A DNA stretch of 64,000 nucleotides, taken from IMG/VR virus record IMGVR_UViG_3300043470_000217, positions 32,001-96,000 of that record. One strand, given 5' to 3'. The position numbers and the translations under genes were made by a program. Shown here piece by piece: positions 1 to 11,496 of this stretch (position 1 is its first letter; the number at the start of each line of letters is the position of its first letter). The stretch is from a virus. The notes beneath the pieces were generated by a model. It was given only the letters and a program-made list of their open reading frames with translations, searched no databases and was not told the origin of the DNA.

Positions 1-1
1 T

Positions 2-3000
2 GAATCTGTAGATCCTAAGAAAGTATCTGAGTTCTTTCCAGTACTTAAGGCCAGTTATTATGGTCCATTAAAGACTGAGAAACTTAATGTATCTGGATTA
101 CATAAGTTTTCATTGATGCCTTTGATTCCTAGTGTTATTAAAGGAACTAACTTAGAGCAATTCCATAAACAGTTAATAGAACAAAATATTGCATATGCAC
201 TTTATAAGTCAGGCAGTAAGATTTCTACAATTACATTAGAGGATGGTACAATTCCAAAGATGTATACTGATTTGAATAACCGTGACTTGTATACAGGTCC
301 ATATGCGGTTAATCCAATTAACTTAAACTTCTTTAAGAATCAGTTAGATATTGCACCATACTTTAAAAGCAAAGTAACGTTAGCTTCTCAGTTACGTACA
401 ATTATTGAGACTAACCTTTATGAAAAAGGTGAACCAATAACTAAAGAAGCTGGTGTTGTTGTTAAGAGATATGAAAAGTCTATTGATAGTTATGTAAAAT
501 ATTACAAACAAAAGTTATTTAAAGAAGTAGGTTTAGAGTTTAATGCTTCTGGTAAGTTGGTTAAAGGAGATCCTAAAGATCTTATTAAAGCTATTCAGAA
601 AGAGTTAATTCGTTTAGAAGTTCCTGAACATCAAATGGATATTCTAGATGTTAATGAGGATGGTACTTTGAAGTATGACTTTGATAGTATCATTAACTCT
701 AATGCTATTGAAAAACAGTTGGTTGCTATTATTGAAAGAAAGATTGTTAGACCAACAGTTAGAGGAGAACAATTAGTACAAGTATCTAGTTCCGGATTTG
801 AAAAACCTAGGTTTACAAAACCAACTGATGAAGAGTTATTAAAGTATGGTACAAATGGTCTTGCCTTTTATGATATTGTAAATGGTAAAATTACAGCCAT
901 GCAAGTTAAAATTGCATTACAAGGAGACTTCTTAAAACTTCTTGCATTAACTCATACAGATGGTAATAAAATACTTACTAGAGAAAGACTTAATGAAATG
1001 CTTAAGGACAATACATGGAAAGAACGCAACGGTGATGCTATCAAAATGATGGGTGTGCGTATTCCAGTACAAGGTCTTAACTCTATTGAATACATGGAGA
1101 TTGCAGAGTTCTTACCTGCAGAAGCTGGTAGTATTGTTATTGTTCCTACTGAATTAGTTGCTAAGTCAGGTGGTGACTTTGATATTGATAAGTTAAGTAT
1201 ACTAATGCCAAACATCAGTATTAGTACTAATGAATTACTTATATTAGAAGAAGAAACTGGTTTAGATCTTTCAGATACTATTAATTTTGAAGCTGGTGTA
1301 ACAGCTGATGATACCAATATAAGAAACATTGAGAATGAGATACTTAAGTCTATGATTGCAATTATGGAACTTAAGGAAAATTTCTTACAACTTATTACAC
1401 CTAACGAAACAGATATTGTTAAACCAATTGCAGATAAGTTAGCCCAGTTTAATAGAGAGTATGATGCTAGAAAAAAGACAGTTAACCAAGATGCATCATT
1501 TAAAACTATATCTCCTACAAGAATATTTGAAACAGAGTACAATCTTTATAAGCACGAGTCTAATAACATTGGTAAAATTACATTAGGTATTGGTGCTGTA
1601 TCAAACAAATACTCAGTTATCTTAAACCGTGTAGGAGCTTATTTAAATAAAACATATTCTTTCCTTGATAACAAAGGAAAGAAAAAGACTGCTAAGAACC
1701 GCATACTCCTTAAACATAATAAGTCTGATAAGCAGATTTCTTTATCTGATTTAAAATCAGAGGATGCTGCGCATTATATTTCAGATGTAATTTCTCAGCT
1801 TATGAATGGTTGGGTGGACATTGAAAAAGATGCATGGGTATTTGATATGAATGCCATCTATGAATTATCACCAGTATTGTTATATATGTTACAAGCCGGT
1901 GTTAATGTAGAGACTGCTGCTTATTTCTTATCTCAACCTATGATCCGGGATTATATTTCTACGTATAGAGTATTAAACGGAATGTATAGCAAGTCTTTAG
2001 ATACAACTGAAGATAGTGCTAAAGGTGCTGGATTCTTAAAGTATAAAGCAAAGAATTATATAATTAATAAGTATGGTATTTTTGATGCAGATCATAAAGC
2101 ACAACTTAAAAAATTAATAAAGGACCCTTTCTTACTTAAGCAATTGTATCAAGCAAACAGTGGAAAAAATCCATTAGGTGGTAGAAAATCTATAACTCCT
2201 GCTGTAGACATTATGGTTAAAGCATATAATGTATTTGCATTATCTGATAAGAACGTAAAAGACATAGTAGAAAATTATGATACTAAAAGTCCTCTAGCTA
2301 AATTATCATTCTTACATTTCTTAGAGATGGAAGATCAATCTAAAGTAATGAGAGAGATTTCTTCTTCTACTAACGTAGATACAAAGAAGTCAGGTAACTT
2401 ATTCCAAGCTAAGAGTAGAATTACTAAGTTAGAAGATTTAGAAGGTGGTGCTAGACTTCCAGAAGAAGTTGTAAAGAAAATACAAGAGCAATCATCTATT
2501 GCACCATTCTTTATTCAGGATTATATCTTAAATCTATTTAAAGATTATTTTCCGCTGAGAGCTAGTGATAAAATAAATGGTTACTTAACTGATCTTATTA
2601 ATACTAACTACAATGAAATCTATGAAACCTATGGTGATGTAGAAAAGTTTGTAGAGTTGTTTAGAAATGATCTGTTGCAGTTTATCATACAGAACAGTAT
2701 TGGTAGTGTAAATATTAACACTGTTAAAGATTACAAAGGATATAGTGTTAGCGATTCTATTGCAGTAGAAAAAGTAAGAGGTCTTAAAAGAAGTGCTGTT
2801 TACTTAGATGGTGTTATATACATTGATAGAGCCAAGCTACGTGATGAGTATAATAAGAAGACTTATTCTAAAGCATCATATGAAGAAACTGGTTTAGCTA
2901 AATTACCTGGAGATAGGCGCACTGATGTAATTCCTTTGTTTACTTCTGAAAAGCAATATGCTGCATTTGTACTTGAAAGAGAATATCTAAGAGGTACAAG

Positions 3001-4291
3001 AGAGCAAGGTGATTTAGCTGATGATCTATATGAAAGCTCTTTAGTTGATGATGCTTTAGCAAACATATACAATCTTAAGACTATGTTCTTTGGAAGTAAT
3101 AGTTTTCCAGATAAATATGAAGCTATAAAATCTATTGTAGGAGAAGATAAGTATTTGTTATTCAATTACTTAGTTTATGATTCACAAGCAATTAAGACTG
3201 CTGGTAAAAACACAGTTATTAAGAATTTACGTTTAACCGGTGATGTTAAAGATCCAGATTTCTTAGCATCTTTAAATGCAGAGTTTGAAGAGTTATCAGA
3301 TGTTACAGTAAATAAAGTTTCTGACCCAATGCTTAACAGAGAGATTTCAGAGTTCTTCCAAAAATTATCTGTATACGGATTTATGCAGTCTGGTATGAAT
3401 TCATCATACTTATCATTTGTACCTATTCTTTCTAGTAATAACTTTAAAGATATTATTAAAACTAATATTGAAGAGTTTACTAAAGTGATTGAAGGTGATA
3501 ATGGTAATACTGCATTGTATAGATATAACCAGGTATTTGAAAAGCAAAACTCTAGAAAGAATAATATCAAGTATAGATTTAAAAACTATGTTATAGATAG
3601 CGTTATTAGCAAGATGGGTGATCCTATTCCAAAACTTCCAGAAGGAACAGCTAGTACCATGACTCCTAGAATATATACATTTAAGTATAATAAGATGGGT
3701 ATTATTGGTTACATAAATAAATACCCCGGACTTATTGGTGTATACAATGGAGCTAAAGATGGTAGCGGTACTAATGTTATTGCTTCTGATACTTATATGG
3801 GTAATACAAATAAAGTAACTGGTACAACTATACCATTACCAATATTTGAATCTTATGTAGGTAAACCTCAGTATTTAAATTCTGCTAATGCTGCTGATAA
3901 CATTAAACTTGTACAAGATAGTATTGCACAACTTCTAGAAATGTATGAAGCTGGTAAGACATTATTGTTTAATCAAGATGGTTATGGTATTTTTAATGAT
4001 GATCCTAACATAGATCGTAATGCATACATGGAGTTATCTAAGGAATTATACTATAACTTTGGATATTTAAATCCTGTTTTTGCACAAGATCCTGACTTTA
4101 TGGAGTATATTTATTCTGTACAACCTATTAATCAAATCTTTGAAGAAGATTTAGAAATTGCTTCTGATCAAAATGATATCATTGTAGAAGAAACAGATGC
4201 TACTATAATTGATGAGAATGCAAAACCAGTTAATACGTATGCCCCTTTAGGATATCCAGAAGTTGAAGATAAAACAAATGATAGTTGCTAG
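2..4291 (+). CDS. Virion-packaged RNA polymerase, crAss-like (5'-truncated)
   Basis: Catalytic DxDxD motif GGDFDIDKL preceded by RIPVQG. Frame is open from position 2 (ESVDPKKV...KFSLMPLIP), so the gene starts before the window. Resembles the phi14:2 gp66-type RNAP. Confidence 0.9.
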   Translation, partial: ESVDPKKVSEFFPVLKASYYGPLKTEKLNVSGLHKFSLMPLIPSVIKGTNLEQFHKQLIEQNIAYALYKSGSKISTITLEDGTIPKMYTDLNNRDLYTGPYAVNPINLNFFKNQLDIAPYFKSKVTLASQLRTIIETNLYEKGEPITKEAGVVVKRYEKSIDSYVKYYKQKLFKEVGLEFNASGKLVKGDPKDLIKAIQKELIRLEVPEHQMDILDVNEDGTLKYDFDSIINSNAIEKQLVAIIERKIVRPTVRGEQLVQVSSSGFEKPRFTKPTDEELLKYGTNGLAFYDIVNGKITAMQVKIALQGDFLKLLALTHTDGNKILTRERLNEMLKDNTWKERNGDAIKMMGVRIPVQGLNSIEYMEIAEFLPAEAGSIVIVPTELVAKSGGDFDIDKLSILMPNISISTNELLILEEETGLDLSDTINFEAGVTADDTNIRNIENEILKSMIAIMELKENFLQLITPNETDIVKPIADKLAQFNREYDARKKTVNQDASFKTISPTRIFETEYNLYKHESNNIGKITLGIGAVSNKYSVILNRVGAYLNKTYSFLDNKGKKKTAKNRILLKHNKSDKQISLSDLKSEDAAHYISDVISQLMNGWVDIEKDAWVFDMNAIYELSPVLLYMLQAGVNVETAAYFLSQPMIRDYISTYRVLNGMYSKSLDTTEDSAKGAGFLKYKAKNYIINKYGIFDADHKAQLKKLIKDPFLLKQLYQANSGKNPLGGRKSITPAVDIMVKAYNVFALSDKNVKDIVENYDTKSPLAKLSFLHFLEMEDQSKVMREISSSTNVDTKKSGNLFQAKSRITKLEDLEGGARLPEEVVKKIQEQSSIAPFFIQDYILNLFKDYFPLRASDKINGYLTDLINTNYNEIYETYGDVEKFVELFRNDLLQFIIQNSIGSVNINTVKDYKGYSVSDSIAVEKVRGLKRSAVYLDGVIYIDRAKLRDEYNKKTYSKASYEETGLAKLPGDRRTDVIPLFTSEKQYAAFVLEREYLRGTREQGDLADDLYESSLVDDALANIYNLKTMFFGSNSFPDKYEAIKSIVGEDKYLLFNYLVYDSQAIKTAGKNTVIKNLRLTGDVKDPDFLASLNAEFEELSDVTVNKVSDPMLNREISEFFQKLSVYGFMQSGMNSSYLSFVPILSSNNFKDIIKTNIEEFTKVIEGDNGNTALYRYNQVFEKQNSRKNNIKYRFKNYVIDSVISKMGDPIPKLPEGTASTMTPRIYTFKYNKMGIIGYINKYPGLIGVYNGAKDGSGTNVIASDTYMGNTNKVTGTTIPLPIFESYVGKPQYLNSANAADNIKLVQDSIAQLLEMYEAGKTLLFNQDGYGIFNDDPNIDRNAYMELSKELYYNFGYLNPVFAQDPDFMEYIYSVQPINQIFEEDLEIASDQNDIIVEETDATIIDENAKPVNTYAPLGYPEVEDKTNDSC

Positions 4292-4293
4292 TT

Positions 4294-7200
4294 ATGAGTA
4301 AGTGTAGATTAGATATACAAAATGACGTATTAAAAACGTACAAGAAAGCATTAGCTAAAGAGGTTGGTCAATTTTTATCTCCAACTGATAGTTTAAGTAC
4401 ATTTTATGTAAATGCCGAAGGTAATACACAAGTAGGTTCTGCAGCTATTGCAAAAGCTGTATTAGAATTAAACCAATATTGGAGAACAAATATGGCTGAG
4501 TTTATTACTTGGGATGGTGACTCTAGAGTATTTGTTAATCCACCTAAGTATGTTGTAGATCATTATTGGGAAGTATATAAAAAGAATAATGATATAACTG
4601 AAGAAAGTCCGGAGTATTACCGTGTTGGTGATGAAGACTTTTTAAATAGCTTATTTCCTTCTGTAGAAATACAAGAAACAGCTAAAGCTCAAGAGATAGC
4701 AACTAAGTTTGCTAATAATCTAGCAGCTCAGACAGGTATCAATTATAAAATGATATCTCCTGAAAAAGCTTCTGAGCTTACAAAAGATACAACTGCTCCC
4801 TGGAATGGTGAACCAGCTTTCTATTATCAAGATACTGTATACTTTATTGAGAATGGATTTAAATTAAATCAAGTATTACATGAATATGCTCACCCAATTG
4901 TTAGAAGTTTATACTTAAACAATTATGATTTATTTAATAATCTATATAATCAGATTATCAGTACTGAAGAAGGTGCAGCAATTGTAAATACGGTTACTGA
5001 ATTATATCCTGAATATGCTATAACTGATCCAAACTTTGCCCAGGAAGTATTTGTAAGAGCTTTAGAACAAGCAGCTGTACAAAAAGCTAATAAGATATCT
5101 TCTAGCACCGGATTTAATTCTTTTATTTCTAATCTATTATTTGCAATTAAGCAGTTAATAAGAAAAGTATTTGGTAAAGGTGTTAAGGTTGAAAAGTTAT
5201 CTGTAGATACTACATTAGATCAATTAGCAGATATGTTAGTTGGTGAGAACTTTATTCTTACAACTGAAGTTATTACACCACAAGATCTAGTTTTATACTC
5301 AAAGAATAATAAAACTCTTTATGCTGATTTAGATAAAGTAAATACTGATGCCCTTGTACAAGTAGTCAATAGATTCTTTTCTAATTCTAAATCTCAATTA
5401 AGCAGAATTAGAACTAATAAAAACTATTCTGACTTTGTAGATACCATTACAACTGAGTCTGGACGTTCTATACTTAAAGATATTGTAGATAATTTACGTG
5501 TTGCTGAAACCACTACAGTAGATGACAAAGTAAAGAAATTTAAGGATGATATAGATAAGAGAGAAAAACAGATTGTTTCACTTGTAAGAAGCTCATTACA
5601 AACAGATGTATTATTAGATAGAATAGTTGATAAGCTTTCAGATATGCAAAGTATGTCTGATACAAAAGAGGTTATCAATCAGACTTTCTACTATGATATC
5701 TTATTACGTAACTGGAACAAGTTTATACAAGAGACTATTAATGGTTTAACAGATTCTGGATTACGTACAGATAGTTCTTTATTTGCATTGTTTTCTAGAA
5801 TGTCTAAGAAAGCAGAACAAGCCGATAGACTTATTAATAATATCTATAAGAAAGGTGTTGGTGGAATTTTAACAGAACAGATAGAACCACTAGCTAAAAA
5901 CGTAGATAAATACTTTACTGATAAACTTGATCTTCTTAAATCTAAGAATGCTCCTCAAAGAGAAATAGAGAAAGTAAAAGCAGAGTGGGAAAGATTAAAA
6001 CTAAACCGTGCTACAATTGATGATTACTTATCAGGTATGCGTGGTGATGTAAATGCTTTATCTGCATATGTAGAAAGTTTTGCCAGCTCACCAGATCCTA
6101 TCATATCAAGCTTCTCTGTATTTTTAGATAATGCATATACAGATGTAGAATTAAAAGCTAAGAAGAATAAGGATGATTTCTTGAATGATCTTTTACCTGC
6201 ATTAAAAGAAGCAGGATACTCTGATAAGAATATATCTGAGCTAATGCAAGAACTAACCTTTGAAGAAGAAGTAGTTATACGTGATAGAGATGGTAACGCT
6301 AAAACATTTAAGAAGTTAGTATTACTTAATCCATTTAAAGCTTTTGAAAAAGTTATTAGTCAGTTTCAATTTGATATTGAAGATGCTAAGAGACTTGGTG
6401 ATATAGAAAAAGCTAGATTACTTAATAAGCAGTTCAGACAATTCTCTCGTGACTATATGCATGATGAGTTTGTACCTGAGTTTTATACTAAAGAAAAGAT
6501 CTATGATTCTGAATTAGGTTCTGTTATCTATCAAAGAAAGCAAGACATCTTAGCTGATATTGCTGATATAGATCAGAGAGTATTTGAAGATCTTACAGAG
6601 GAAGATGCATTTGAAGAAAAGAAAATACTTTGGAAGAAGTATAGTCAGTTAGCTTCTCTGCGTGATGAAGCCGGTAAATTAAAAACTGGTGATGAGTTAG
6701 AGATGGCTAAGATTGAAAAGCAGTATAGAGATGAGTCTAGAAAGTTCTATGAATGGAAAGAGATAACCGGTTTATTTGAGTTTAAATTAAATCAGTTTAA
6801 ACAAGACTTATTAGATCAAGGTCTTACCGTAGACTCTGAAGAGTTTAAAGATAATGTCAATGACTGGATAGATGCTAATACAAGAGTTTCTATTAAGTCA
6901 GAGTTCTATGATAAGAAGCAAGCTATCTTAACAAAGATTAAAGCTATTACTGATACACTTCCTGCAAATGTTGCTAGTAAAGTTGAACAAGGAAAGTTAT
7001 GGGAAGAGTTAATTGATATTGTTATTGGTTTTAGAGATGATGATGGTCAACCTGTAGGATCAGAGATGTCTGAAGAAAGACTTAAACGGATTAAAGAACT
7101 TCAAGAAGAGATCTTAAAGATTAAGAATAACATGGCCACATTTAGTGGTTTAAGTAAATTGCAGTTTGAAAGATATCTAGAGCTTGCAAAACTAATCAAG

Positions 7201-9852
7201 AGCAAAAGAGCTAGTATAAAAGATAAAGAAGAGTTTAAAGAGTTAGATAACATCAAAGGTGAAAATGGTGTAGATGCACTTACACAAAAAGCTTTAAAGC
7301 GATTGTATAGTGAGTTAGCAGATATGCAATATAAATCTCCTACAGATGATTACTTTAGTGTTTTCAATACTAAGTTAGAGGCTATTGATCAAACTAAACT
7401 TGCAAACTTCTCTGTATCAGAAATCAACATAGATAACTATGATAACTTTTTAAAGCCTGGTTTCTTATCTAAGTATTTTAAAGCTAGTCCTGAGTTTAAA
7501 GAATGGTTTTTAGCAAACCACATTATGACTGAGAGGTATAACTATAAGACTAAGAAAGAAGAGAGAGTTTATGAAAGATTATATGTTTGGAGTGTAACTC
7601 AACCAGCTAATGAAGAAGATTACAATACTTATAAGTACAATGATGTAAATCCATCTACCGGTGAGATTACTGAAGTTACTTTAGATAAAATACCAAAGAT
7701 AGACTTCTACAGAAGAGCTGTTAAAAAACAATACAGAACCGGCTATAATAAAGCAACTGATAAAGTAGAGCGTCAAGTAGGTGTACATGTAGATAATAGA
7801 GGTAACTGGTTACCACGTACAATGGCACAAGGTGCTAAAGATGATTCCTATATTAACAAAGCTTACTTTGATCTTAAAAAGAATAGTCCGGCAAAGGCAA
7901 AAGTCCTTGATACAATTGTAAAGTATACATTGTTATTCCAGGAAGATAAAACTAAGTATGGAAAACTGTACTTAGATGTACCTAGATTCAGAAAGCTTAA
8001 GAGCGAATTAGTAGGTGGTAGTTTAAATAGAAGTGCTGCTAAAGTTAAAACCTTTATCAAACAAGTAAAAGATTCTGTTACTAAAACAGAGGATGATTTT
8101 GATCAAGGCTTTAACTATGAAGATTCATTTAACTTAGTAAGAGCAGACATGTTTGATGAAGAGATTTCTTCTATTCCAGTAAAAGGATTGTATAAGTTAG
8201 ATGTAGATCAGGTATCATTAAATGTACCATACTCTATGTTGCAGTACATGTTCTCATTAGAACACCAGAAAAAGCTTATTGAATTAAATCCAATAGCTCA
8301 AGCTTTACAGAAAGTTGTATCTAATCCTGAAAATACTATTAAAGATACTTCTAAGGTAAATGGATACAACTGGGCAACTAATAATATCAAATCTTATCTA
8401 CCTAAGAAAGGAAAGAATGTAAGAGCTGAAGCAATTAATACTTTAATTGAAAGAGAGTTTAAAGGTCAAACTAGAGTTGGTTGGTTATCAGAACCAACTA
8501 GCTTAAGTAAAGCTGTAGATATTTTACAATCACAGTCTACTTTTGCAATGTTTGCATTTAATGTTTTACCATCAGCATTTAAAAACTTTGGTGGTGCTGT
8601 TACACAGATGATCATTGAATCAGGTGGTGGTAAGTATCTTAACAAGCGTTCTTACTTACAAGGTCAGAGTAGAGCATTAAAAATAATGACTGATATCTCA
8701 GCTAATATTTATAATCCTGGTGAGAAAAGTATTGATTATCAATTAGTTGAGATCTTTGATCCTATTAAAGGTAGATTCCAAGAACGTTTTGGTGCTGAGT
8801 TTGGTAGATCAATTGGTACTGATTTAGCTGATAGTCTTATGCTAGGTGCTGGTAAGAGTAGATCTAATGGTGTATCTACTGCGCCTAGAAAGTGGTTAGA
8901 AAATGAAGGAACACTTTCTTTGTTTGCCGGTATGATGATCTTTAAAAAAGTACCACAGACTATTAATGGCCAAACTAATATGATCAATTACATAGATGCT
9001 TGGGAAAAAGATGGTCAGGGAATTATTAAATTAAAACCAGGTATTGATGAGACTTATGCTCCGGGTGGTGAAGAGTTTAAATTAATGCGTAATAGCATAC
9101 AGGAAACTAGTAACAACCTACAAGGTGCTTATTCATTAATGGATAAAGTAATGCTTGATAGATATGCAGTATGGCGGATGTTCTCAGGACTAAGACGTTT
9201 CTTTACAAGGATGTTTGTAAACAGATTTAGTCCTTTAAGATATTCTCAGCGTACTGGTAATATGACTGAAGGTTATTATAGATCATTTGCTATATTCTTA
9301 AAAGACTTTGTTTCTAGAGCTTCTTCTGGTAACATGTATATGACTGATAATGAAACCTATGCAACTAAGAAAGTATTAACTGAAGGTATAAGTATTACAT
9401 TACTAGCTCTTATGATTGCTTATCTATTTGGATATGATCCAGATGATGAAGATAGATTTGAAAAGATGCGTGAAAGAAGTGGTGATTTATTATCAGATGA
9501 CTTTAATGCCGGTGGTTGGTTAGTTAACCACGGTTTAGTTGTAGCACTTGGAACAAGACAGGAAACTATTACTTTCTTAAATCCTAGGGAATACGTTGGT
9601 TTAGTTTACTCAGGAGGCGCTCCAACATTGGGCCCTGTAGTAGATAAGTATAAAGACGTAGGTGTAAACTTAATGCACTTACTTACTAATGATAACCGTG
9701 CTTATTATACTAGAGATGTAGGACCTTATTCTTGGCAAAAAGAAAATGCACCTAAAATCTTCAATGATCTTGGATATTTATTTGGATTCACTGGTAATCA
9801 AGTTGATCCAGTTAAAGCTTTGAAAGGTGTAGAGTTCCAAACTAGAAGATAA
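4294..9852 (+). CDS. Giant virion ejection/cargo protein with zincin-like HExxH domain
   Basis: About 1850 aa, largely helical, VLHEYAH motif near the N-terminus, hydrophobic C-terminal segment, adjacent to vRNAP as in crAss-like phages. ATG at 4294 (MSKC). Confidence 0.7.
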   Translation: MSKCRLDIQNDVLKTYKKALAKEVGQFLSPTDSLSTFYVNAEGNTQVGSAAIAKAVLELNQYWRTNMAEFITWDGDSRVFVNPPKYVVDHYWEVYKKNNDITEESPEYYRVGDEDFLNSLFPSVEIQETAKAQEIATKFANNLAAQTGINYKMISPEKASELTKDTTAPWNGEPAFYYQDTVYFIENGFKLNQVLHEYAHPIVRSLYLNNYDLFNNLYNQIISTEEGAAIVNTVTELYPEYAITDPNFAQEVFVRALEQAAVQKANKISSSTGFNSFISNLLFAIKQLIRKVFGKGVKVEKLSVDTTLDQLADMLVGENFILTTEVITPQDLVLYSKNNKTLYADLDKVNTDALVQVVNRFFSNSKSQLSRIRTNKNYSDFVDTITTESGRSILKDIVDNLRVAETTTVDDKVKKFKDDIDKREKQIVSLVRSSLQTDVLLDRIVDKLSDMQSMSDTKEVINQTFYYDILLRNWNKFIQETINGLTDSGLRTDSSLFALFSRMSKKAEQADRLINNIYKKGVGGILTEQIEPLAKNVDKYFTDKLDLLKSKNAPQREIEKVKAEWERLKLNRATIDDYLSGMRGDVNALSAYVESFASSPDPIISSFSVFLDNAYTDVELKAKKNKDDFLNDLLPALKEAGYSDKNISELMQELTFEEEVVIRDRDGNAKTFKKLVLLNPFKAFEKVISQFQFDIEDAKRLGDIEKARLLNKQFRQFSRDYMHDEFVPEFYTKEKIYDSELGSVIYQRKQDILADIADIDQRVFEDLTEEDAFEEKKILWKKYSQLASLRDEAGKLKTGDELEMAKIEKQYRDESRKFYEWKEITGLFEFKLNQFKQDLLDQGLTVDSEEFKDNVNDWIDANTRVSIKSEFYDKKQAILTKIKAITDTLPANVASKVEQGKLWEELIDIVIGFRDDDGQPVGSEMSEERLKRIKELQEEILKIKNNMATFSGLSKLQFERYLELAKLIKSKRASIKDKEEFKELDNIKGENGVDALTQKALKRLYSELADMQYKSPTDDYFSVFNTKLEAIDQTKLANFSVSEINIDNYDNFLKPGFLSKYFKASPEFKEWFLANHIMTERYNYKTKKEERVYERLYVWSVTQPANEEDYNTYKYNDVNPSTGEITEVTLDKIPKIDFYRRAVKKQYRTGYNKATDKVERQVGVHVDNRGNWLPRTMAQGAKDDSYINKAYFDLKKNSPAKAKVLDTIVKYTLLFQEDKTKYGKLYLDVPRFRKLKSELVGGSLNRSAAKVKTFIKQVKDSVTKTEDDFDQGFNYEDSFNLVRADMFDEEISSIPVKGLYKLDVDQVSLNVPYSMLQYMFSLEHQKKLIELNPIAQALQKVVSNPENTIKDTSKVNGYNWATNNIKSYLPKKGKNVRAEAINTLIEREFKGQTRVGWLSEPTSLSKAVDILQSQSTFAMFAFNVLPSAFKNFGGAVTQMIIESGGGKYLNKRSYLQGQSRALKIMTDISANIYNPGEKSIDYQLVEIFDPIKGRFQERFGAEFGRSIGTDLADSLMLGAGKSRSNGVSTAPRKWLENEGTLSLFAGMMIFKKVPQTINGQTNMINYIDAWEKDGQGIIKLKPGIDETYAPGGEEFKLMRNSIQETSNNLQGAYSLMDKVMLDRYAVWRMFSGLRRFFTRMFVNRFSPLRYSQRTGNMTEGYYRSFAIFLKDFVSRASSGNMYMTDNETYATKKVLTEGISITLLALMIAYLFGYDPDDEDRFEKMRERSGDLLSDDFNAGGWLVNHGLVVALGTRQETITFLNPREYVGLVYSGGAPTLGPVVDKYKDVGVNLMHLLTNDNRAYYTRDVGPYSWQKENAPKIFNDLGYLFGFTGNQVDPVKALKGVEFQTRR

Positions 9853-9932
9853 TTTCGTATATTATATATGTAGTACCTAAAAACCATCTAGGGCTGCATC
9901 CCGAATTAACTGCGGTAAAAAACAAATACCGT

Positions 9933-10181
9933 ATGAAACTATTAAACTTTATTGGCGGCCTATTCAAGGATGAAAAAGGCTCTGTTTCCATGAAACGCCT
10001 GTGTGGCTTAGTCTGCACTTTAACTCTATGCGCTACATTGTACGCTAACTCTTTTACTGAAGCACACTTTGCTCCCTCTGTTCCTTTGGTGGATGCAGTT
10101 GCATTGTTGGCTTTTGGTTGTCTTTCTTTGACAAGTGCAGAAAAAATTATGAAAAAGAAGGAAGGAGAGTCTGCTGAATAA
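9933..10181 (+). CDS. Small two-TM membrane protein, putative holin
   Basis: Two hydrophobic segments and a basic C-terminal tail, upstream of the endolysin. Confidence 0.5.
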   Translation: MKLLNFIGGLFKDEKGSVSMKRLCGLVCTLTLCATLYANSFTEAHFAPSVPLVDAVALLAFGCLSLTSAEKIMKKKEGESAE

Positions 10182-10183
10182 AA

Positions 10184-10885
10184 ATGGCTTATGTCTACAG
10201 ACATATCAGGTTAGATAAAAATGTACCTTTCTATATTGGATTAGGTACAGATTCTAATTATTCTAGAGCACACCAAACTAAAAGTAGAAATCAACACTGG
10301 CATAATGTTGTAAAAAACTCTGGGTATAGAGTAGAAATTATGTTAGATGATTTGTCTTTTGAAGAAGCTTGTGCTAAAGAAATAGAACTGATAAGTATGT
10401 ATGGCAGAATAGATACTTGTGGAGGTACTCTTGTTAATTGGACTGATGGAGGTCAAGGTACTTTAGGTTGGAGACATGAAGTTGGATACTGGACAGGAAA
10501 ATCTTTACCAGAATCTATGCGTAAGAATCTATCTGAAGTAGCTAAATTAAGAGTGGGAAAAAAGAACCACTTTTATGGAAAGAATCATTCTGAGGAAACA
10601 AAAGAAAAACTTAGACAGAGTAGATTAGGTAGCACCCTTACAGAAGAAACTAAACTTAAGATAAAAGAGTCTTTAAAGAACTCTGAAGCTTTTAAGAATA
10701 GAAAACATTCAGTAAGACTTGGTGCAGATAATCCTAAGTCTAAACAAGTAATCAATACTGAAACAGGAGAGATTTATGAGAATCTCAGAATTGCTTCAGA
10801 GATTACTGAAATAAGTTACAACAAGTTAAGATCTTACTGCCAAGGAAAAGTTAAAAGCAAGACTAACTGGAATTATCTACTATAA
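10184..10885 (+). mobile_element. Free-standing homing endonuclease (GIY-YIG-like N-terminus, NUMOD3 repeats, NUMOD1-like C-terminus)
   Basis: YVYRH...FYIGLG, NWTDGGQG, FYGKNHSEETKEKL repeats. Confidence 0.8.
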
Positions 10886-10905
10886 ACTATAAACTATAAA
10901 CAATT

Positions 10906-11493
10906 ATGAGCTATACAAGAGAACAAATTGAAGCGGCTATGAAAGCCAAAGGTTACAAGTACTTTGAGAATGGAGAATTTAACGTAAACATTATTGGTGT
11001 ACGTAACTCTTCTACCGGTACTAAAGTAACTAATGTATTTGATGATCACTTAACTATTTCTTACAAAGAAGGTGGTGAGTGGAAATTTAAAATCTGGCCT
11101 GCTACTACAGATCCAGGAACTAAGGGTGTTAAAGAATTCCATAACGCTGCAGGTGTTGCACGTTTGGTACCTGGTCAATACTCAGGTTCACACCATGTAG
11201 GATTGCACCAAGGTAAGTATGAGGCCCTTAAGCAAAAGGCTAACGTTAAAGTTTACCGTGATGCTAACAAAGACATGAACTATGACGAGTCCAAGATACA
11301 AGAAGGCATCTTCGGTATTAATATTCATAAAGCTGGTGCAGACTCTACCTACGTTGAAAACTGGTCAGAAGGTTGCCAAGTGTTTAAGAAGTCTGCTGAC
11401 TTTGATGCATTCATGGTTATCTGTAAGAAGGCTGCGGCATTGGGTGGTAACTCTTTCACTTATACTCTTATTGAGTCTAAAGACATTAAATAA
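10906..11493 (+). CDS. Endolysin, L,D-transpeptidase-like cysteine peptidase
   Basis: GINIHKAG...WSEGCQV His/Cys motif; lysis-gene context. Confidence 0.65.
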   Translation: MSYTREQIEAAMKAKGYKYFENGEFNVNIIGVRNSSTGTKVTNVFDDHLTISYKEGGEWKFKIWPATTDPGTKGVKEFHNAAGVARLVPGQYSGSHHVGLHQGKYEALKQKANVKVYRDANKDMNYDESKIQEGIFGINIHKAGADSTYVENWSEGCQVFKKSADFDAFMVICKKAAALGGNSFTYTLIESKDIK

Positions 11494-11496
11494 ATT

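Noticed and set aside
952-8987. Minus-strand ORFs within the two giant genes
   Set aside because: Antisense shadows caused by codon bias.
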